Origin: Tubiluchus corallicola
Lineage: Eukaryota > Animalia > Priapulida
Assembly: GCA_030141605.1 (NCBI GenBank)
Contig: JAQGDQ010000033.1
Span: 372,001 to 436,000 of the forward strand
Direction of reading: 5' to 3'
Length of the DNA stretch: 64,000 bases
Shown: positions 27,098 through 42,000 of the stretch, piece after piece
Layout: the number at the start of each line of letters is the position of its first letter
Numbering within the stretch: the first letter of the stretch is position 1
Program-made: the position numbers and the translations under genes
Notes under the pieces: generated by a model
The model's database searches: none
Told to the model about the DNA's origin: nothing
The model's input: the letters and a program-made list of their open reading frames with translations, nothing else

Positions 27098-27950
27098 AAT
27101 TTTATTTATTTTATTTTATTTTATTTCACATTCGCTAAAATATACATTAAAAGAATAAATTGTAAAATAATAAAAATATAAATGTGATGAGAAGCGCAAA
27201 GAAGCAACCTACTTACATACGCCTATCGTACACAAGCCATTTGTCAGAATTTGAAAACTTCAGTCTATTTTGCAAAAGTTTACAATTGCCTGTAGTGACC
27301 ATATGTGTCACTTGCCGAACGGGTAGGGAATTTTATACGTAAATAACCCACGGTCAGAGAAGAAAAACCCTAAACCTTTTTCATTCGTTCAACAAACATA
27401 CAACTTGGGACTATTACTACTTTTTTGTCCTTCTTGTTAAAATATTTTTCGAGATCTAAGCCAACATCCCTATGAATTATTTTGTAGCACATGACCAAAT
27501 CGTTTAGTAATCTGCTATCTGAAAATTTTAAAAGAAGGGATTAGAGTTGTTCTGGATAGGTTTCATACGTAATCGCTGAGTAACATGTGTAAAATAATCG
27601 CCTTGTAAAATATCTTTGCACATTTTCAACATTATCTACGTCCACATACAATGAAGAGCTGCATTTAGGGAGCAATATTCAACTATAGGCTTCACACAAA
27701 CTTTAAATGTTATAAGAAGAACGTTCCTATATATTCTTAGTACTAAAACGTACCAATGTACATGTGCTCGTTATTCTATCGGCACGGGAAGACATTTCAA
27801 TGCAAGGTACTTTAGCCTTTAACTCTTACCTAAGGTCTTAACAACAAAAGAGTCTGGAATTGCGCAATTGTTCATGAAATAGCTATTACTGGGATTATTG
27901 TAATCCAATCCAGGAAACAGCTTTTTATGCCAAACATTACTGTCAGCTGA
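27098..27950 (-). mobile_element. Degraded 3' fragment of a CR1/L2-type LINE
   Basis: Minus-strand fragments FKVCVKPIVEYCS, DNVENVQRYFTRRLF and DLVMCYKIIH; (ATAAA)n-type tail at 27098-27126. Confidence 0.8.
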
Positions 27951-28405
27951 CTAACGGTATCGAAGGCCTTTTGGAAATCAATATTGGAACAAAATTTTTG
28001 CCCATGTTGATAACAACATTCCTGTATACTTTATATACTTTTTAACAACTTTCAATTAAATTAGTTTATTACAGTATTATTAGTTTGTGAAAATGTGGCG
28101 AGGAAATTAAGAGGTGCTATGATAAAATCGCACAATAATTTCGTAAAACAACAACCAACTCGGCTGTTAGAAACATGATTATAAATTTTTATAGAGCATT
28201 GTTGTTTTTTGAAAGCTAAGCTAAACTATTTCTCGAGAAATTGCAGTCAGATGCTTCCCTATAATTTGGGTAACACAGGCTGCGCCATAAAAGTCGTTCT
28301 TGCTAAAATATGTAAGGGCTCACATAAAGAAATTGTTACAGCAACAAAGGGCTTCCAATGCTCGTGCTTCAAACATTTGAATTGTAGGAGAAGGGGGCGT
28401 CACTG

Positions 28406-28440
28406 TACACACACGCACACGCGCACGCACACGCACACGC

Positions 28441-28508
<68 letters not shown>
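28406..28508. repeat. (CA)n/(CACG)n microsatellite
   Basis: Direct reading. Confidence 0.95.
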
Positions 28509-28510
<2 letters not shown>

Positions 28511-31500
28511 AGATTAAAACCATTTTCCGAAACGAAGCTGTAATTACATAGTGTCACTGAACTCAAAATAATACATTTCGAGTAGAGAATTATTGCAGTC
28601 GACGTACGATGTAAATCTCTTCAGAGATATTGTTTCGTAAAAAGCCTGATGGGATTGCTGTAATTTGAACGTAGCTGACTAGACAGCATGTAAAAATTAC
28701 TCATACATCATCGTTGGCATTTTCTTCCAAGAAAACTTCACAGTTTGCAGTCGCTTGAAAAACAATACCGCATCTGTGAAAACCATGTGTTGACGATTTA
28801 ACTTGAAGTTACCTAAAGGAATTTATGAACTCAGACAGACTTGGCAACAAAGCACACTCATTATGAATTTTAATGAAAGCATAAGCGCAATGTCAATTAT
28901 AGCTATAATATTATGTCTGAATTAGGTCTAATTACAAAGTTATAAGCATCTTGTAGTCATATAGTCGCCTATATAGCTCCGTACCGTGCAATTAAACTAC
29001 ATTTGGTGGCTCTACAGAGTGGGCCAAGCATGATCATGACGAAAGCCAAGACGGGTCACGTGATCAGTGAAAGAAGTAAGCAAGTAAACCCCCAAATTAC
29101 CCCACCACTTGCTTATCCAACTTCTGGGTGGGAAGCTGCAATCGAGTTTCAGTGCCGATATCCTACACTTATTGTTCTTCATAGCATCGTATTGAATATA
29201 AAGGTTAGTGCTTCGAGAAGTTTACTAATTATTTAATGAATTTCTTATCTTATGTAAGATATATTTTAAGTACAAATTTCGTCATTTTGACTGTTTCTTG
29301 ATGCAAAACATGAGGCATTAATCAAAGCTGGCATAAATCGCATTCGCTGGTATAGTAAATCGTACTGAATTAACCATTCAACGATATTTCATGATCGCAA
29401 AATAGTAAAGATGACTTTTTGCTTTTATTTTATGTCGAAGTTTCCCAAGTTTTCTTTTTTCCACCAAACGTTTCATCACTCATCACGAGCACAAAATGAA
29501 GCGTGAAAGGTCTGTAATAATAATAGTCATGTGCCAGATAAACTTGTTTGAACCTTTCCGCAAACTTTTTTGCACTAGTATGGAAGTAAAGTACCCAAGT
29601 TAAAACGTTCATCTAAAACAGGGCAATTTGACTCGGACAATTTAGCGTGTTTCATATTCTTCTAATAATTTGGCAAAAAATAGCTAGTGTACTTGGCCGC
29701 TGCTAATGATCATGACATATGTACGACTTTTACCGTTTAACTGTAGTAGGAAACAGCTTGTAGTGTGGTTGCCATCAACATAAAAAATCGTTATGTAGAT
29801 AGTTAATTAGCATTACTTAGTGTAAGGTTGACTGAATGTTCACTGTTTGAGTGAATGTTTTTTTTCACTGCAAAGTGACTAAATAACACAGTAACTATAG
29901 TTCCCATTTTTGTGACATATTTTTCAATGTCCATTTTGTCAGCTTAACGCATTTATTTGCATAAACTTGAATCTTGCCTCGAAGCCCGTCTTGACAGATG
30001 GGTGATTTACTGTAGATGATCAGTTGATCAGACTTTCAGACAAAACAGAAGATCCCACGGACATCTGTGAAACAGTTATACTGGGATTTAACTGTATCTG
30101 GCACGTGCCCCGTCTGCAATCAAAACACTCCTCACATAGTTCAACGTATCCCAGTTGTTTTTGGCAGCAGCTCAGCGATTAACAGCATCCCGACGCTTGT
30201 TGCAACACACACTGTCCCAGATTTTTTAAATGCCAAATTTTTGTCTGCTTAAAAGTTGTGCGTTTCTTGTAAGATCTTTCACAGGTTGTTTAATGACAAC
30301 TTGTTTGTAGTTATTACGAATACTGCAGAATTCAAAACCTGAAAGTCAAACTAAACAAGGTTGTAAATTGATTACATTTGGCTTCTTTCAGTAACTTCAG
30401 AAGCGAAATCGCTAACTTAGCTATGACCTTTGTATGCCATTACACCCACAATAATACTGCGTCCTATCATTCATTGCGTCATAAGCGTAGAATTTAGAAT
30501 ACTAGACGTGTTTGAAACGCTAAAGCATCTTGTTTCAGCTGATATGTGTTTACTAAGAAAATCGTTTCAGGCAAAGGAGCAAAACTAGTTTGTTAAACAT
30601 GTTCAGAAATTAAAGTTCCGGCCTCACCTTTAAATCGTGATGGCTTAACAAAACAGTCTGGCTTCTAAAACAGGATTAAGAATAACAAACACGTTACGTG
30701 GCATGAATGAGAAACGATGAGAAAATAATGTTAAGGCCTACCCCGAATTTTAAGCAGATTTATCATTATACGGCCTGTACATGTGCAAGTTCGCTAATAG
30801 AAATAAATCGGCCAATCACTGGTTCCCCAGGTCGCAGATACATGTTCTTGGAAAAAGGAGCGCTCTGCACATGACAAACTGTCTGTCAGTCTTGTCACAA
30901 TAACATTACAATACCATGGTTAGAATCATCATAACAAAGATTTTTGGAATTTTTTGTCCCAAAGAAGCCACACTCGAAGTTATTTCTCTGCTTAGTTATT
31001 TAATGTTATAAGAATAGTTTATTGTCTTCCACATAAAAATAACCGCGTAAAGGTTATGGGCTGCTACGTTAAAAGTACTGGACGGATCAAGAACAATATT
31101 TAATACCTGCTTGTGTGTTGGCCTATTTTTATAGTAATAAAATATAACAGCAAAGCAGTACAAACAAGCATTTAGATTGCTAATTGGTTCTTAATAGTTT
31201 ACTGGGCTTTTTAGCACCGTTATAGTAGTTTTTTAAATTTACGGTATTTATCAGCTTGCTACTGTCCGCCACTATTAATTTAACCTGTTGATTTTGAAGT
31301 GCGTGGTGTCGCGTGCATAACCTCTATAAAAGAATTTGCTACTTGTAAATGAATAAAAAACGATTCGCCTAAAATAACTCAATTAAAGATAGTGCAACTT
31401 CATGATAATGTTATGCTTACACAGAACACAGCTACATCTACAGCTACAACTACATCTATATGGATTAAATAAAGATTTATATCGTTCTCAGATCATGTGC

Positions 31501-34176
31501 TTTCGAAGCACTCCGTCTAAGCATTAATAGAAACGCCAAGTTTGGAGCAAGATGTTTACATGAAATTCTGTTGATGAAAGAAAAAAACAGGTGGTAATTC
31601 ATAGATTAATTAAGCTAAAATGATTCGTGTTGAAGAGGAATGCTTCGCAGAATCTGTGCTAGTAACACTGCGTCAAAACAAAGTCAAAATGTTTTGCTAG
31701 ATTATATGCCCAATTTTGTAATTGACTCATCGATGAACTTTATGATGATGAAACTAAAGTTCATACACCAATGCTGAGAGTGATTCAACGTGTTGTTGAA
31801 GGTATTGTTCTGTAGGAACATCTTGGCAACTTTTAATTACCATAAATCCTAGCTGTGCAGTTTTGTAGTGGGGCAGCCACAATCCAAATACTGAATATTT
31901 TATGGAAGGTCATTTATTAAAAATGAATTAAATTATCTTAAAATCAGCTAAAATGGAAACTTATCATAACTTGTGTGCTGTACAAAGCTTGTGACGCTAC
32001 TGTTAGAAAGCAAGTTTTATGATTTGGTTCTACTATGGCTGCGGCTAGTTACAAAATTTTAACCTTAAAGCAAACGCAGTAGTTCGAAAATAACTCGGAC
32101 AATAGCGGGGCCATTTGAACGTTAAGGAATCTGATCAATAGTGATTTTGCGTATCCTAAATTTGCAAGGAAATTTGAGTGGCTTTCACGCACCAATTTTC
32201 TGAACCTTGTTCATTATAAAAAGACGTTATTTTTCAAAGTGCAGCAGTGCATACTGTTCTTGTCTACATTAAAGGCGAAGGTAAGGTTGGCCAAACAAAT
32301 TTCAATTAAGCTGTCTTTCTTCCGCTAACTTCTCTGAAGAAGTATGTTAAGAATTTTTTAATGTAAACGGAGTGATTTTGTGCAGCAAGTGCAACAACTA
32401 CCCAGTTTATGACAGGCCTGCTCGCCTTTGTTTAAATAGCTCCGAAGATATTACTGAAACTTTAGGATCCTGTATTTAGGGACATGCATGTTTGACAGTC
32501 ATTTTCAATTACCGAACAGTTGCCCAGTCTGGGTCACGCTACACGAAAGGACAATTACCACATTTGATAATTGGTTATTGCTGCTTTGCATTTATCCTAT
32601 ACAGAGGAACAACTGTTCAGTTTATGAGATGACCTGAATCGAAGGAAACTCACTAGATTTAAAAATCCTGAATAGAGGAACAATTAGATTTGCCAAGTTA
32701 AGAATGTAACTCTATAATGTGCAATAACTACAAGTTTTTAAATCGCCTTCAACAGAGAGAAATTATCAGGACTGAAAGACGAAGTCAAGTAGTCTAGAAG
32801 TTATTTTTTTTCAAATCCAAGGACAGTTAAACATGAAAGTAAAGAGTGTGTGAATGGAACGATGATGACGGTAATGATAAATCTTTTATTTACATCTATA
32901 ATTTACAGAATACATAATCATGCATATTGCTCCTATTTGAGCGGAAGAGAATCGCACAATCAAATCTAATTGTTTTTTAGATGTACCATAATAACTTACA
33001 TCTATAGCTGCCTGATTCTGGATTTAGTCCTTCATCGCATCTTAACTGTTCCCATTTTCTGCTTATTTTCTACATTAAACTCAGGATGTTTTTACAAAAA
33101 GGATCATGCTGCCATGCGGTGCAGATGTACTGTGCTTATTCTGGCTGGCAGCCAAAAGTCAATGTATACAAAATGAAAATCGCATTTCTGATGCACCCTT
33201 ACCAACTGAGGCCAGGTGAAGTTTTCTTCGGAAAGTTTCTCTCTCACTGAAAAGTGATTGCAGATTTAATTGTGGTATCGTGAACATGTATAAACTGGAT
33301 ATTGTAGTCAATAACCAAATCCGACTGCCCGTGGCAGGCGGAAGTTTCTCTTTTAGGCAGATTATTTTCACATAATGACTGTCCATGAAAAACACATCTA
33401 AGTCCGCTTTTTATCTGTTTAATCATTATTGTGACAAATTTTAAGGCTAATGTGATTGACGGCGGTGTATAATCATTCAAAAAGATCATTTATATTTGCT
33501 TAATGTGAATATAGAATACTAATCTTAATCAGTTATTAAGATTATTTGTATCTACTCTCTACAGAAAGATATGGGCGCCGAATAGAATAGACTGCATTAA
33601 ATTTGTTACTAGGACGTTGTTCCAACAGTTTTTGTAATTTAGAAGGCCTAACAGACACCGATGATATGTGTGTTTGTAGGACAGACATACAAACGTCAAC
33701 GCATTTAGTTTTCCATTACTCCTTAGTAAGAACCAACCTACAACAACAAAACTAATTGAGAATAGCTATGCCAAGTTTTGATCTAAAATATATATATATA
33801 TATATTGTTATCGAGACAAAAATGCTTGTTGTGCACTTGTAAATGTTGTTAAAGATTTTACGTTATAAGTTAAATTGGAAATGCAGTTTTTGTTCTTTGA
33901 AGTTCGACGTGTAAGCCATACACCGTAGTATTTTTTTGCATTGTATTCCTTGTCACTCACCCAATATCATTGTAAATTTGGGTGATTTTTTAATTATTTT
34001 TTGCCTTTCTATTTAAACTCTTATTTTATTTAAGTTATTTTGTTTAAGGCTGTGCGTTAACTTTGTATTTGTAATATTATGTAACTGTATAATGCGCATG
34101 TTTCACAAAGTAAAGTTCTTTCCCCTGTAAAATAGAAGGGCTATATTATTATCGTACATAATAGTATGAAATAAAC

Positions 34177-34612
<436 letters not shown>

Positions 34613-35494
34613 TTTAGGTACATATGCCTAAAAACTGCTCTTCAGGAATTTGGTATTAACAAACATTTACGGTAAGATGTAATTGAAAGGCTATATCAAA
34701 AACGGCATGAAATTGCTTTACGTTTGACAAACACATTTGCTGAAGAAGCAAATGCTGAAGTAATGCTGGCACAGTGACCTCTTTTCCCATACTTTATACG
34801 ATACGGATAGCGAAAACCCGATGCAATTGCGTTTGCCAAAAAAGATTTTTGTATGTTTATAGAAAATAAACATATCAGGGATAATATTTTTATGGTAAAT
34901 AGGCCTCGATGTTGGTATATTGTCTTGTACAACAAGCACCATACAGGTCAGCTCTGCATATTATTTACTCATCTGTCTCGTACTATAGAAAATAGGCCTG
35001 CATAAACAGTTGGCGTTCCCGAATTTTGACCAACCCGGGCGCGCAGTTCACTACAAATTTTTCGCGGGTGCGAATCACGATCACATGTGGATAGGATCAT
35101 AGGAAACGCAATCAGTTTCTGGTAGTGCTCAAGTGGTCATTAAGTCTTGGATAGTTTTGATGAAAAACACACATTTTCCTTTAACATCTCCCAAACCTGA
35201 ATTCAGACACCGTTATAATAGGCGCCGGGCGTGCAATTTGGTGCTTTAGCCGCCGCGGTAATCACAACACACTAAGTTTATCTTCCGCATACGATGTAAG
35301 TGGTGATAAAGCAAAACAAATACATGCTAGGCTGCGAGAGAAAGGCAAATTGAAAAGATTAACATTTGTGTGAGCTGGATTTTTCTGTTACCCTCAGACC
35401 CCGAGGCTCCACCGTGCATAATGCTATTGACACATTATCTAGAACTTTCGAGAAAGTGGCTTCGTCAGAGTTCGTTGCAACGCCACGGTCGTAT

Positions 35495-35764
35495 CAATGA
35501 GTTACTCATTTTGCGGTACAAGCGAGATTCGCCAGCGTACACTTTGCAATTGCACAATTCGTCAGTACACACTTCGTCAGTAAATATCGCGAATTTAATG
35601 ATATTACCGTTGCGCCTCAATTAATAATTAATAATTAACTGAGGCGTAACGGTAATATCATTAAATTCGCGATATTTACTGACGAAGTGTGTACTGACGA
35701 ATTGTGCAATTGCAAAGTGTACGCTGGCGAATCTCGCTTGTACCGTGAAATGAGTAACTCATTG
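35495..35764. mobile_element. 270-bp near-perfect palindrome; probable foldback (P/Galileo-like) non-autonomous element
   Basis: Arms CAATGAGTTACTCATT...GCCTCAATTAAT and ATTAACTGAGGC...AATGAGTAACTCATTG, with 4 mismatches I could see and a short AT-rich centre. Flanked by GTCGTAT (35488-35494) and GTCTTAT (35765-35771). The palindrome itself is certain; the family assignment is inferred. Confidence 0.75.
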
Positions 35765-36299
35765 GTCTTATTGATAAAATAAACACTAATAGTAATGATA
35801 ACTTATTTTGTGAAAAGCTTATACATTTTGTCATTTTTGATACATGAATATTTCGTTTCGTCAGTACAACCTTTCCAAATCATCTTGCTCTTAAAAAAAT
35901 TGCCAGTCGAGTAAACCTATTGTTTTATAAGTAGCTATATACGCCTATTATAATAGTTCATACTTGTCACACTCTATCTGTTAACAAACAGTTGTAACAC
36001 ATTTTTGACTTAATTTAGTATTCAGTTTTTTAACTATGGCTGTTTGACAAATACAACACAAATTTTGAACATTTGTGCTCAGCCAAAGAGGATATAATAT
36101 TACGCAGAACAAATAATAACAGAATAATTTAAATGTAAACACGACCTTTATATTTCTAGTGGTTTATATTTGGGATGATCTTAAAATAGTGTTAAAGCAA
36201 AAAAGGTTTGACCTTATATCCACCAGTACGAGACCAATACTTCCGTACTGGAAATTTCTTCACAAGCTTCTTGCAGCTTCGTGGGCTACTACCTCAACC

Positions 36300-38040
36300 T
36301 AGCGGCGGAAATATGAAACTGTTAGAGATGACAACCGACTAATAGCGACTGCTTTTACTCCCGTTGCATCAGCCACATCACTTCAAATTAACTTCACATT
36401 TTCTATACTGGCATTTACCAAATTTGAATTTTAGGTCGCATTCCCATTGCATTGTTTACTATTTTTTCATAGCTTAATCATGAAGACCATTGTCCGTGCC
36501 AGCTACTGTGATATCGTCCATAATTGCAAAAGCTCCATCAACACCTTCAACCATAATCCTTTGAGAAATTTCCGGCGCCGGCTCAATACCGAAAGGAAGC
36601 TTCCCCAATCTAAATTTCCCTAAAGGAGTATTCATTTTCCTCACGTCCACAACAGAAAATGCTTTAGCATAAGGCATTGAAGACGTTACTTCCTCTATAG
36701 TAGGGATAGGGCAATTTTCCCTTTGAGTGGCTTTATTCGGATCTGAAGGTTTAAGACATACGAGAACTTAGTTTTCACCTCTATTTGCATGGAGCTTACC
36801 CAGTTTGTTGGCTGTTGGACGTTAGCAATATATTCTCTTTCCATTTCCTTCAGTTTTTCTATGTGTAGAATACCTCCTTGGACTATGCGGATACATAGTT
36901 TACAATTAGGATCAATTTTAGCACATATGTATACCTGGTAAAGTTCCCGTACTTTTCATTACTTTAGGAAACATCATGCAAGCATTTTTGCTTAAGTACT
37001 CTTCTTGTTTTAAATGTACTCTGTTAGTCCCAGATTTTCCTGTGAAAATAAGTGTTTGGTCCATGTCACCTAAATAATACTTAAGATCTAACTGCTTCTT
37101 CTTCCATCTTGTAGTCACTTTTACATACCCTATCAACATAGCCTTAACAAGATTGTTGCGACAACTCAAAGTTTTTACTAATTTGCACGGCAGAAGACAT
37201 TGTGCTGTACCAGTATCTATTTTGAGTAACACGTTTTGGTTTGCTGTGGTCATAGTTGCATGCCAGTCATCGATGTTTCCATCTGCATTATTTACAGTTT
37301 TAATCATTCCGAAAACATCTCTCTCTGCCCTATCGGGTGAGACCTTCTTTTTGCACTTATTGAAAATCTTGTGAACAGGGTACTGCAATTTAAAATGTAC
37401 TTCATAACCGCATCATAGGCACTCTTTTTTTACTAGGTAACCGTTTTGGTCAAGAGTATTATTTTTAGCGCGAGATTTTGATCTCACATTGCATGCAAGT
37501 AACAGGTCTCGATTTAATTTTTCGTTTAGGACGCACACTGTGAAATTTTGCTGTCATCACATTTTCATACTATATGGGCTATTTCATAATTTTGTCCAAT
37601 GCTGATGGCTATGTTTAGGGTGTACTCTCTCCTTTATCAAGACATCTCTCCTGTACTACAGATTCTTTGCACCTCAACACAATTGCACCACGCAACATCC
37701 TTTCTTTCGGTGCACCGAAGACAAAGATCTTAACTGTAATTCTTGGCGAAGTAACAAATCATCAAATCTTTCATTTTGTAAAGGCTACTGTAGTTCTTAT
37801 TTTATTTATCGTTGGAGCTATATACGCCTCAAATCTAGCACAGGCGCTGAATGGCTTTCTGCAGGAATTTGGTTACCACTTTCCATTCTCGCTACCTTCC
37901 TCTTGTCTATCTCGTCTTTCTGCGATAGGGATCCATTAAACGTAAAACTACAATAGCGCTTGAACTTTTCCATTGTTTATCAAGTTTTTGTGCTCGTCAC
38001 AAACAGTTTATCGTGGTCGCCCCTCGACTAGCCCACACCA
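36300..38040 (-). mobile_element. Degraded Ty3/Gypsy LTR retrotransposon internal region (gag-protease-RT)
   Basis: Minus strand shows gag-like MLRGAIVLRCKESVVQERCLDKGE, a degenerate Zn knuckle near 37410-37430, protease LLKIDTG, and RT NTPLGKFRLGKLPFGIEPAPEISQRIM...AIMDDITVAG. Many stops and frameshifts; no paired LTRs found. Confidence 0.85.
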
Positions 38041-38846
38041 AGAAAAGATTTGTTTATTGAGCCAATATTACAACAAGTACTATGGGTAATTAAGATATGC
38101 AAAAGTCGAAAATCGTGCTTCTAATATTTTCAGTTCATGGGTGGGCATTTTGTTAGGGGCTCTCAGATTGAGACGCTAACAAAAGGAAAGTGGTGGTTGC
38201 GGTTAGTAAACAAACGCGGACTGTATACATATCCAACTATTTTAGCTTGTAGAACTTCGGGCAGTGGCATGCAGTAAATACACTTGATCATTAATTTAAA
38301 GTTTACGTTCAGATATAATGTAAATATTATTATTTTCGTTTAGACGCTTTTTTCTCGCGCGCGCAATGAATCCAAGGCGTCACTTGTTTAATTTGGCTGC
38401 AAATGCCTGAATCTGAGCTTTTTCTCTGTTTTACGCAAACCAAATCACCCAAGGGGTTCACAGCTTAATTACCACTGACAACACTCAAGTTTATTTTTTA
38501 TCGTCTCCATGCTGAAATGACAGCTGTAGAAACAGGTATCAAGTATCGACCCAGTCATTTCAAATTAAACCGATTTTTACTGTTTTTCTCGGAAATGCAA
38601 TATCAGTGTAATCAAATCACTGCTGAGTAATGATGTTAAAGCTATACAAAATGCGAAAAAGAAGATTAAGCGAAAGCTCAAAACCTCAATAAGGACTAAC
38701 GAGTCGCACTCTCACGTAACTTGCTCAGACAAGTTAAAAAACTTCTCCCATGCTGTTTTCATTCATGATTAACGCGTTTGCCTAAAACGCCGAAGTACGG
38801 ACTACTTTTCCAAGCATTTCCATATTCCTTATGTACTGCAACGAAT

Positions 38847-38992
38847 TATATATATATATATATATATGTATGTATATATACATGTATATATATATATGCA
38901 TATATACATATATATATATAATTATAAAGAGAGGTTGCGACCAGGTCAGCTTGGTAGAATTGCGCATATATATACATATATATATTCCTATA
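38847..38992. repeat. (TA)n-rich degenerate microsatellite
   Basis: Direct reading. Confidence 0.85.
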
Positions 38993-39058
38993 TTTGGGAA
39001 TTGCACGTAAATCGAATTTGGGAAAAAACTAATTCGATTTTTGCATTTTTCTTTCAGA

Positions 39059-42000
39059 ATGAGCGAGCAAATTCAGGAGCCAACTCCTGAGGCAAAAAAG
39101 AGTGAGGCTAAGGTAACTGCGGCTGTTAACTTATTTTCCGTGCTCGATTTTCACGGTGATTTCAAATCTCAGCAATTTCCAATTGAACACATTTTGCAAA
39201 ATGTGCAGCCAAAAAACTAGGCTTATCAACAGCAATATTGAAAGATTTCATAAAACAATTAACGCTCTAAAAAGTTTTTAGTTAATTTGATTTGGCTGTT
39301 TTTCAATTTTCAAATATGCTACAAAACTAAATTTTCTTATAGGCATCTGCTGAGACAGAAGAACCTCCATCTGCAGAGTGCAATAGTGTGAATGAAATCT
39401 CTGCCAATGAATGCGGAGAAGATAAACTAGAAGAGACCTGTAATGACACACAGCCAGCACAGGATGGTTCTGAAATTGAGACAGTTGGTATAAGTAAAGA
39501 GGAAGCTGCATCTGCAGAGGCAACTGGCAAGAGCGAAACAGCAGAAGAAACACCAGCAGAATTAACACAAGAAGAACCAAAGCCGGGAGTACTAGAAGAA
39601 AGTAAAGCCGATGAAACACAGTCAGTAGAAACAACGATTGATGAACCAGCTGAGGCAACAGCTGAAACTCCAAGTGAAGAACCAACAGCATGCCCTGAAG
39701 AAGCAAAAGAGGAAACAACAATAGACTCAACATCAGCAGTTTGTCACGAAGAGGGAAAGTCTGAATCACAGCCGAGTGAAGCTTCAACAGAAGAAAAGAC
39801 TGAAACTCCAGCAGAGAATGCACCATGTGAAGTTCCAGCAGAAGAAAAAGCTGAAGCACCAGTAGAAACAGCACCTTCTGAAATTCCAGCCGAACGGAAA
39901 CTTGAAACATCAACAGAAGCTGTACCAAGCGAAGCTTCAGCAGAAGAAAAAACTGAAACACCAGTAGAAGCAGCACCAGCAGAAGCTCCTACAGAAATAG
40001 CAACTGAATCACCAGTAGAAGCAGCACCAACAGAAGCTCCGGTAGAATTAAAAACCGAAACACCAGTAGAAGCAGCATCAACTGAACTTCCAGCAGAAGT
40101 AACAACTGAGGCACCAGTAGAAGCCACAGCAGAAGTAAAAACTGAAATACCAGCAGAAGAAGCACCAATAGAAGCTTCAGCAGAAGTAACAACTGAAGCA
40201 CAAGTAGAAACAGCACCAATGGAAAGTGCAGCAGAAGAAAAAGCTGAAGTACCAACAGAAGTAGGGTCAACAAAACCTCCAGCAGAAGTAACAACTGAAG
40301 CATCAGTAGAAGCAGGGTCAACTGAATCTCCAGTAGAGGAAAAAGCCGAAGCACCAGTAGAAGCAGCTCCAACGGAAGGTCTAGTAGACGAAAAAGTTGA
40401 AATACCAACAGACATAGCACCAACTGAAGCTCCAACAGAAGTAACAACTGAAGCATCAGTAGAAGCAGGGCCAACAGAAGCCCCAGTAGAGGAAAAAGCT
40501 GAAGCACCAGCAGAAGTAGAACCAAAAGAAGCTCCAGTAAAAGTAACACCTGAAGCATCAGTGGAAGCAGCACCATCAGAAGCTGCTGCAGAAGCAACAA
40601 CTGAAGCACCAGTAGACGTAGCACCAAAGGAAAGCCCAGTAGAGGAAAAAACTGAAGCACCAACAGAAGGTCCAGTAGAGGAAAAAGCTGACATAGCAGC
40701 AGAAGTAACAACTGAAGCATCAGTAGAAGCAGGGCCAACAGAAGCCCCAGTAGAGGAAAAAGCTGAAGCACCAGCAGAAGTAGAACCAAAAGAAGCTCCA
40801 GTAAAAGTAACACCTGAAGCATCAGTGGAAGCAGCACCATCAGAAGCTGCTGCAGAAGCAACAACTGAAGCACCAGTAGACGTAGCACCAAAGGAAAGCC
40901 CAGTAGAGGAAAAAACTGAAGCACCAACAGAAGGTCCAGTAGAGGAAAAAGCTGACATAGCAGCAGAAGTAACAACTGAAGCATCAGTAGAAGCAGGGCC
41001 AACAGAAGCCCCAGTAGAGGAAAAAGCTGAAGCACCAGCAGAAGTAGAACCAAAAGAAGCTCCAGTAAAAGTAACACCTGAAGCATCAGTGGAAGCAGCA
41101 CCATCAGAAGCTGCTGCAGAAGCAACAACTGAAGCACCAGTAGACGTAGCACCAAAGGAAAGCCCAGTAGAGGAAAAAACTGAAGCACCAACAGAAGCTC
41201 CAGCAGGGGAAAAAGCTGAAGTACCAACTGAAGGCCCAGCAGAAGTGACAACTGAAGCACCAGTTGAGGCTGGTCCAATAGAAGCTTTAGTAGAGGAAAA
41301 AGCTGAAGCATCAATAGACGCAGCACCAACAGAAGCTCGAACAGAAATAACAAGTGAAGTACCAGTAGAAGCAACACCAGCAGAAGCTTTAGTAGAAGAA
41401 AAAACTGAAGTACCAGTAGAAGCAGCACCAATAGAAGCACCAGCAGAAGTCACAACTGAAGCACTAGCAGAAGCTGCACCAACAGAGGTAACAACGGAAG
41501 TACCAGTAGAAGCAGCACCAAAAGAAGTACCAACAGAAGTAGCGACTGAAACATCAGCAGAAACAACACCAACAGAAGCTTCAGCAGAAGTAACAACTGA
41601 AGTGCCAATAGAAGCTCCAGCAGAAGTAACAACTGAAGTGCCAATAGAAGCTCCAGCAGAAGTAAAAACCGAAGCACCAGTTGAAGCAGCTGCAGCAGAA
41701 GCTCCAGTAGCAGCAGAAGCTGAGGCACCCGTAGAATTGGCACCAAAAGAAGTACCAGCAGAAGTAGCGACTGAAACATCAGCAGAAACAACACCAACAG
41801 AAGCTTCAGCAGAAGTAACAACTGAAGTGCCAGTAGAAGCTCCAGCAGAAGTAAAAACCGAAGCACCAGTTGAAGCAGCTGCAGCAGAAGCTCCAGTAGC
41901 AGCAGAAGCTGAGGCACCAGTAGAATTGGCACCAGAAGAAGTAAAAACAGAAGCAGCAGTAGAGGCAGCACCAACCGAAGCTCCAGCAGAAGGTTTAACT

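Noticed and set aside
40437-41197. CRISPR-like array
   Set aside because: Eukaryotic coding tandem repeat without unique spacers
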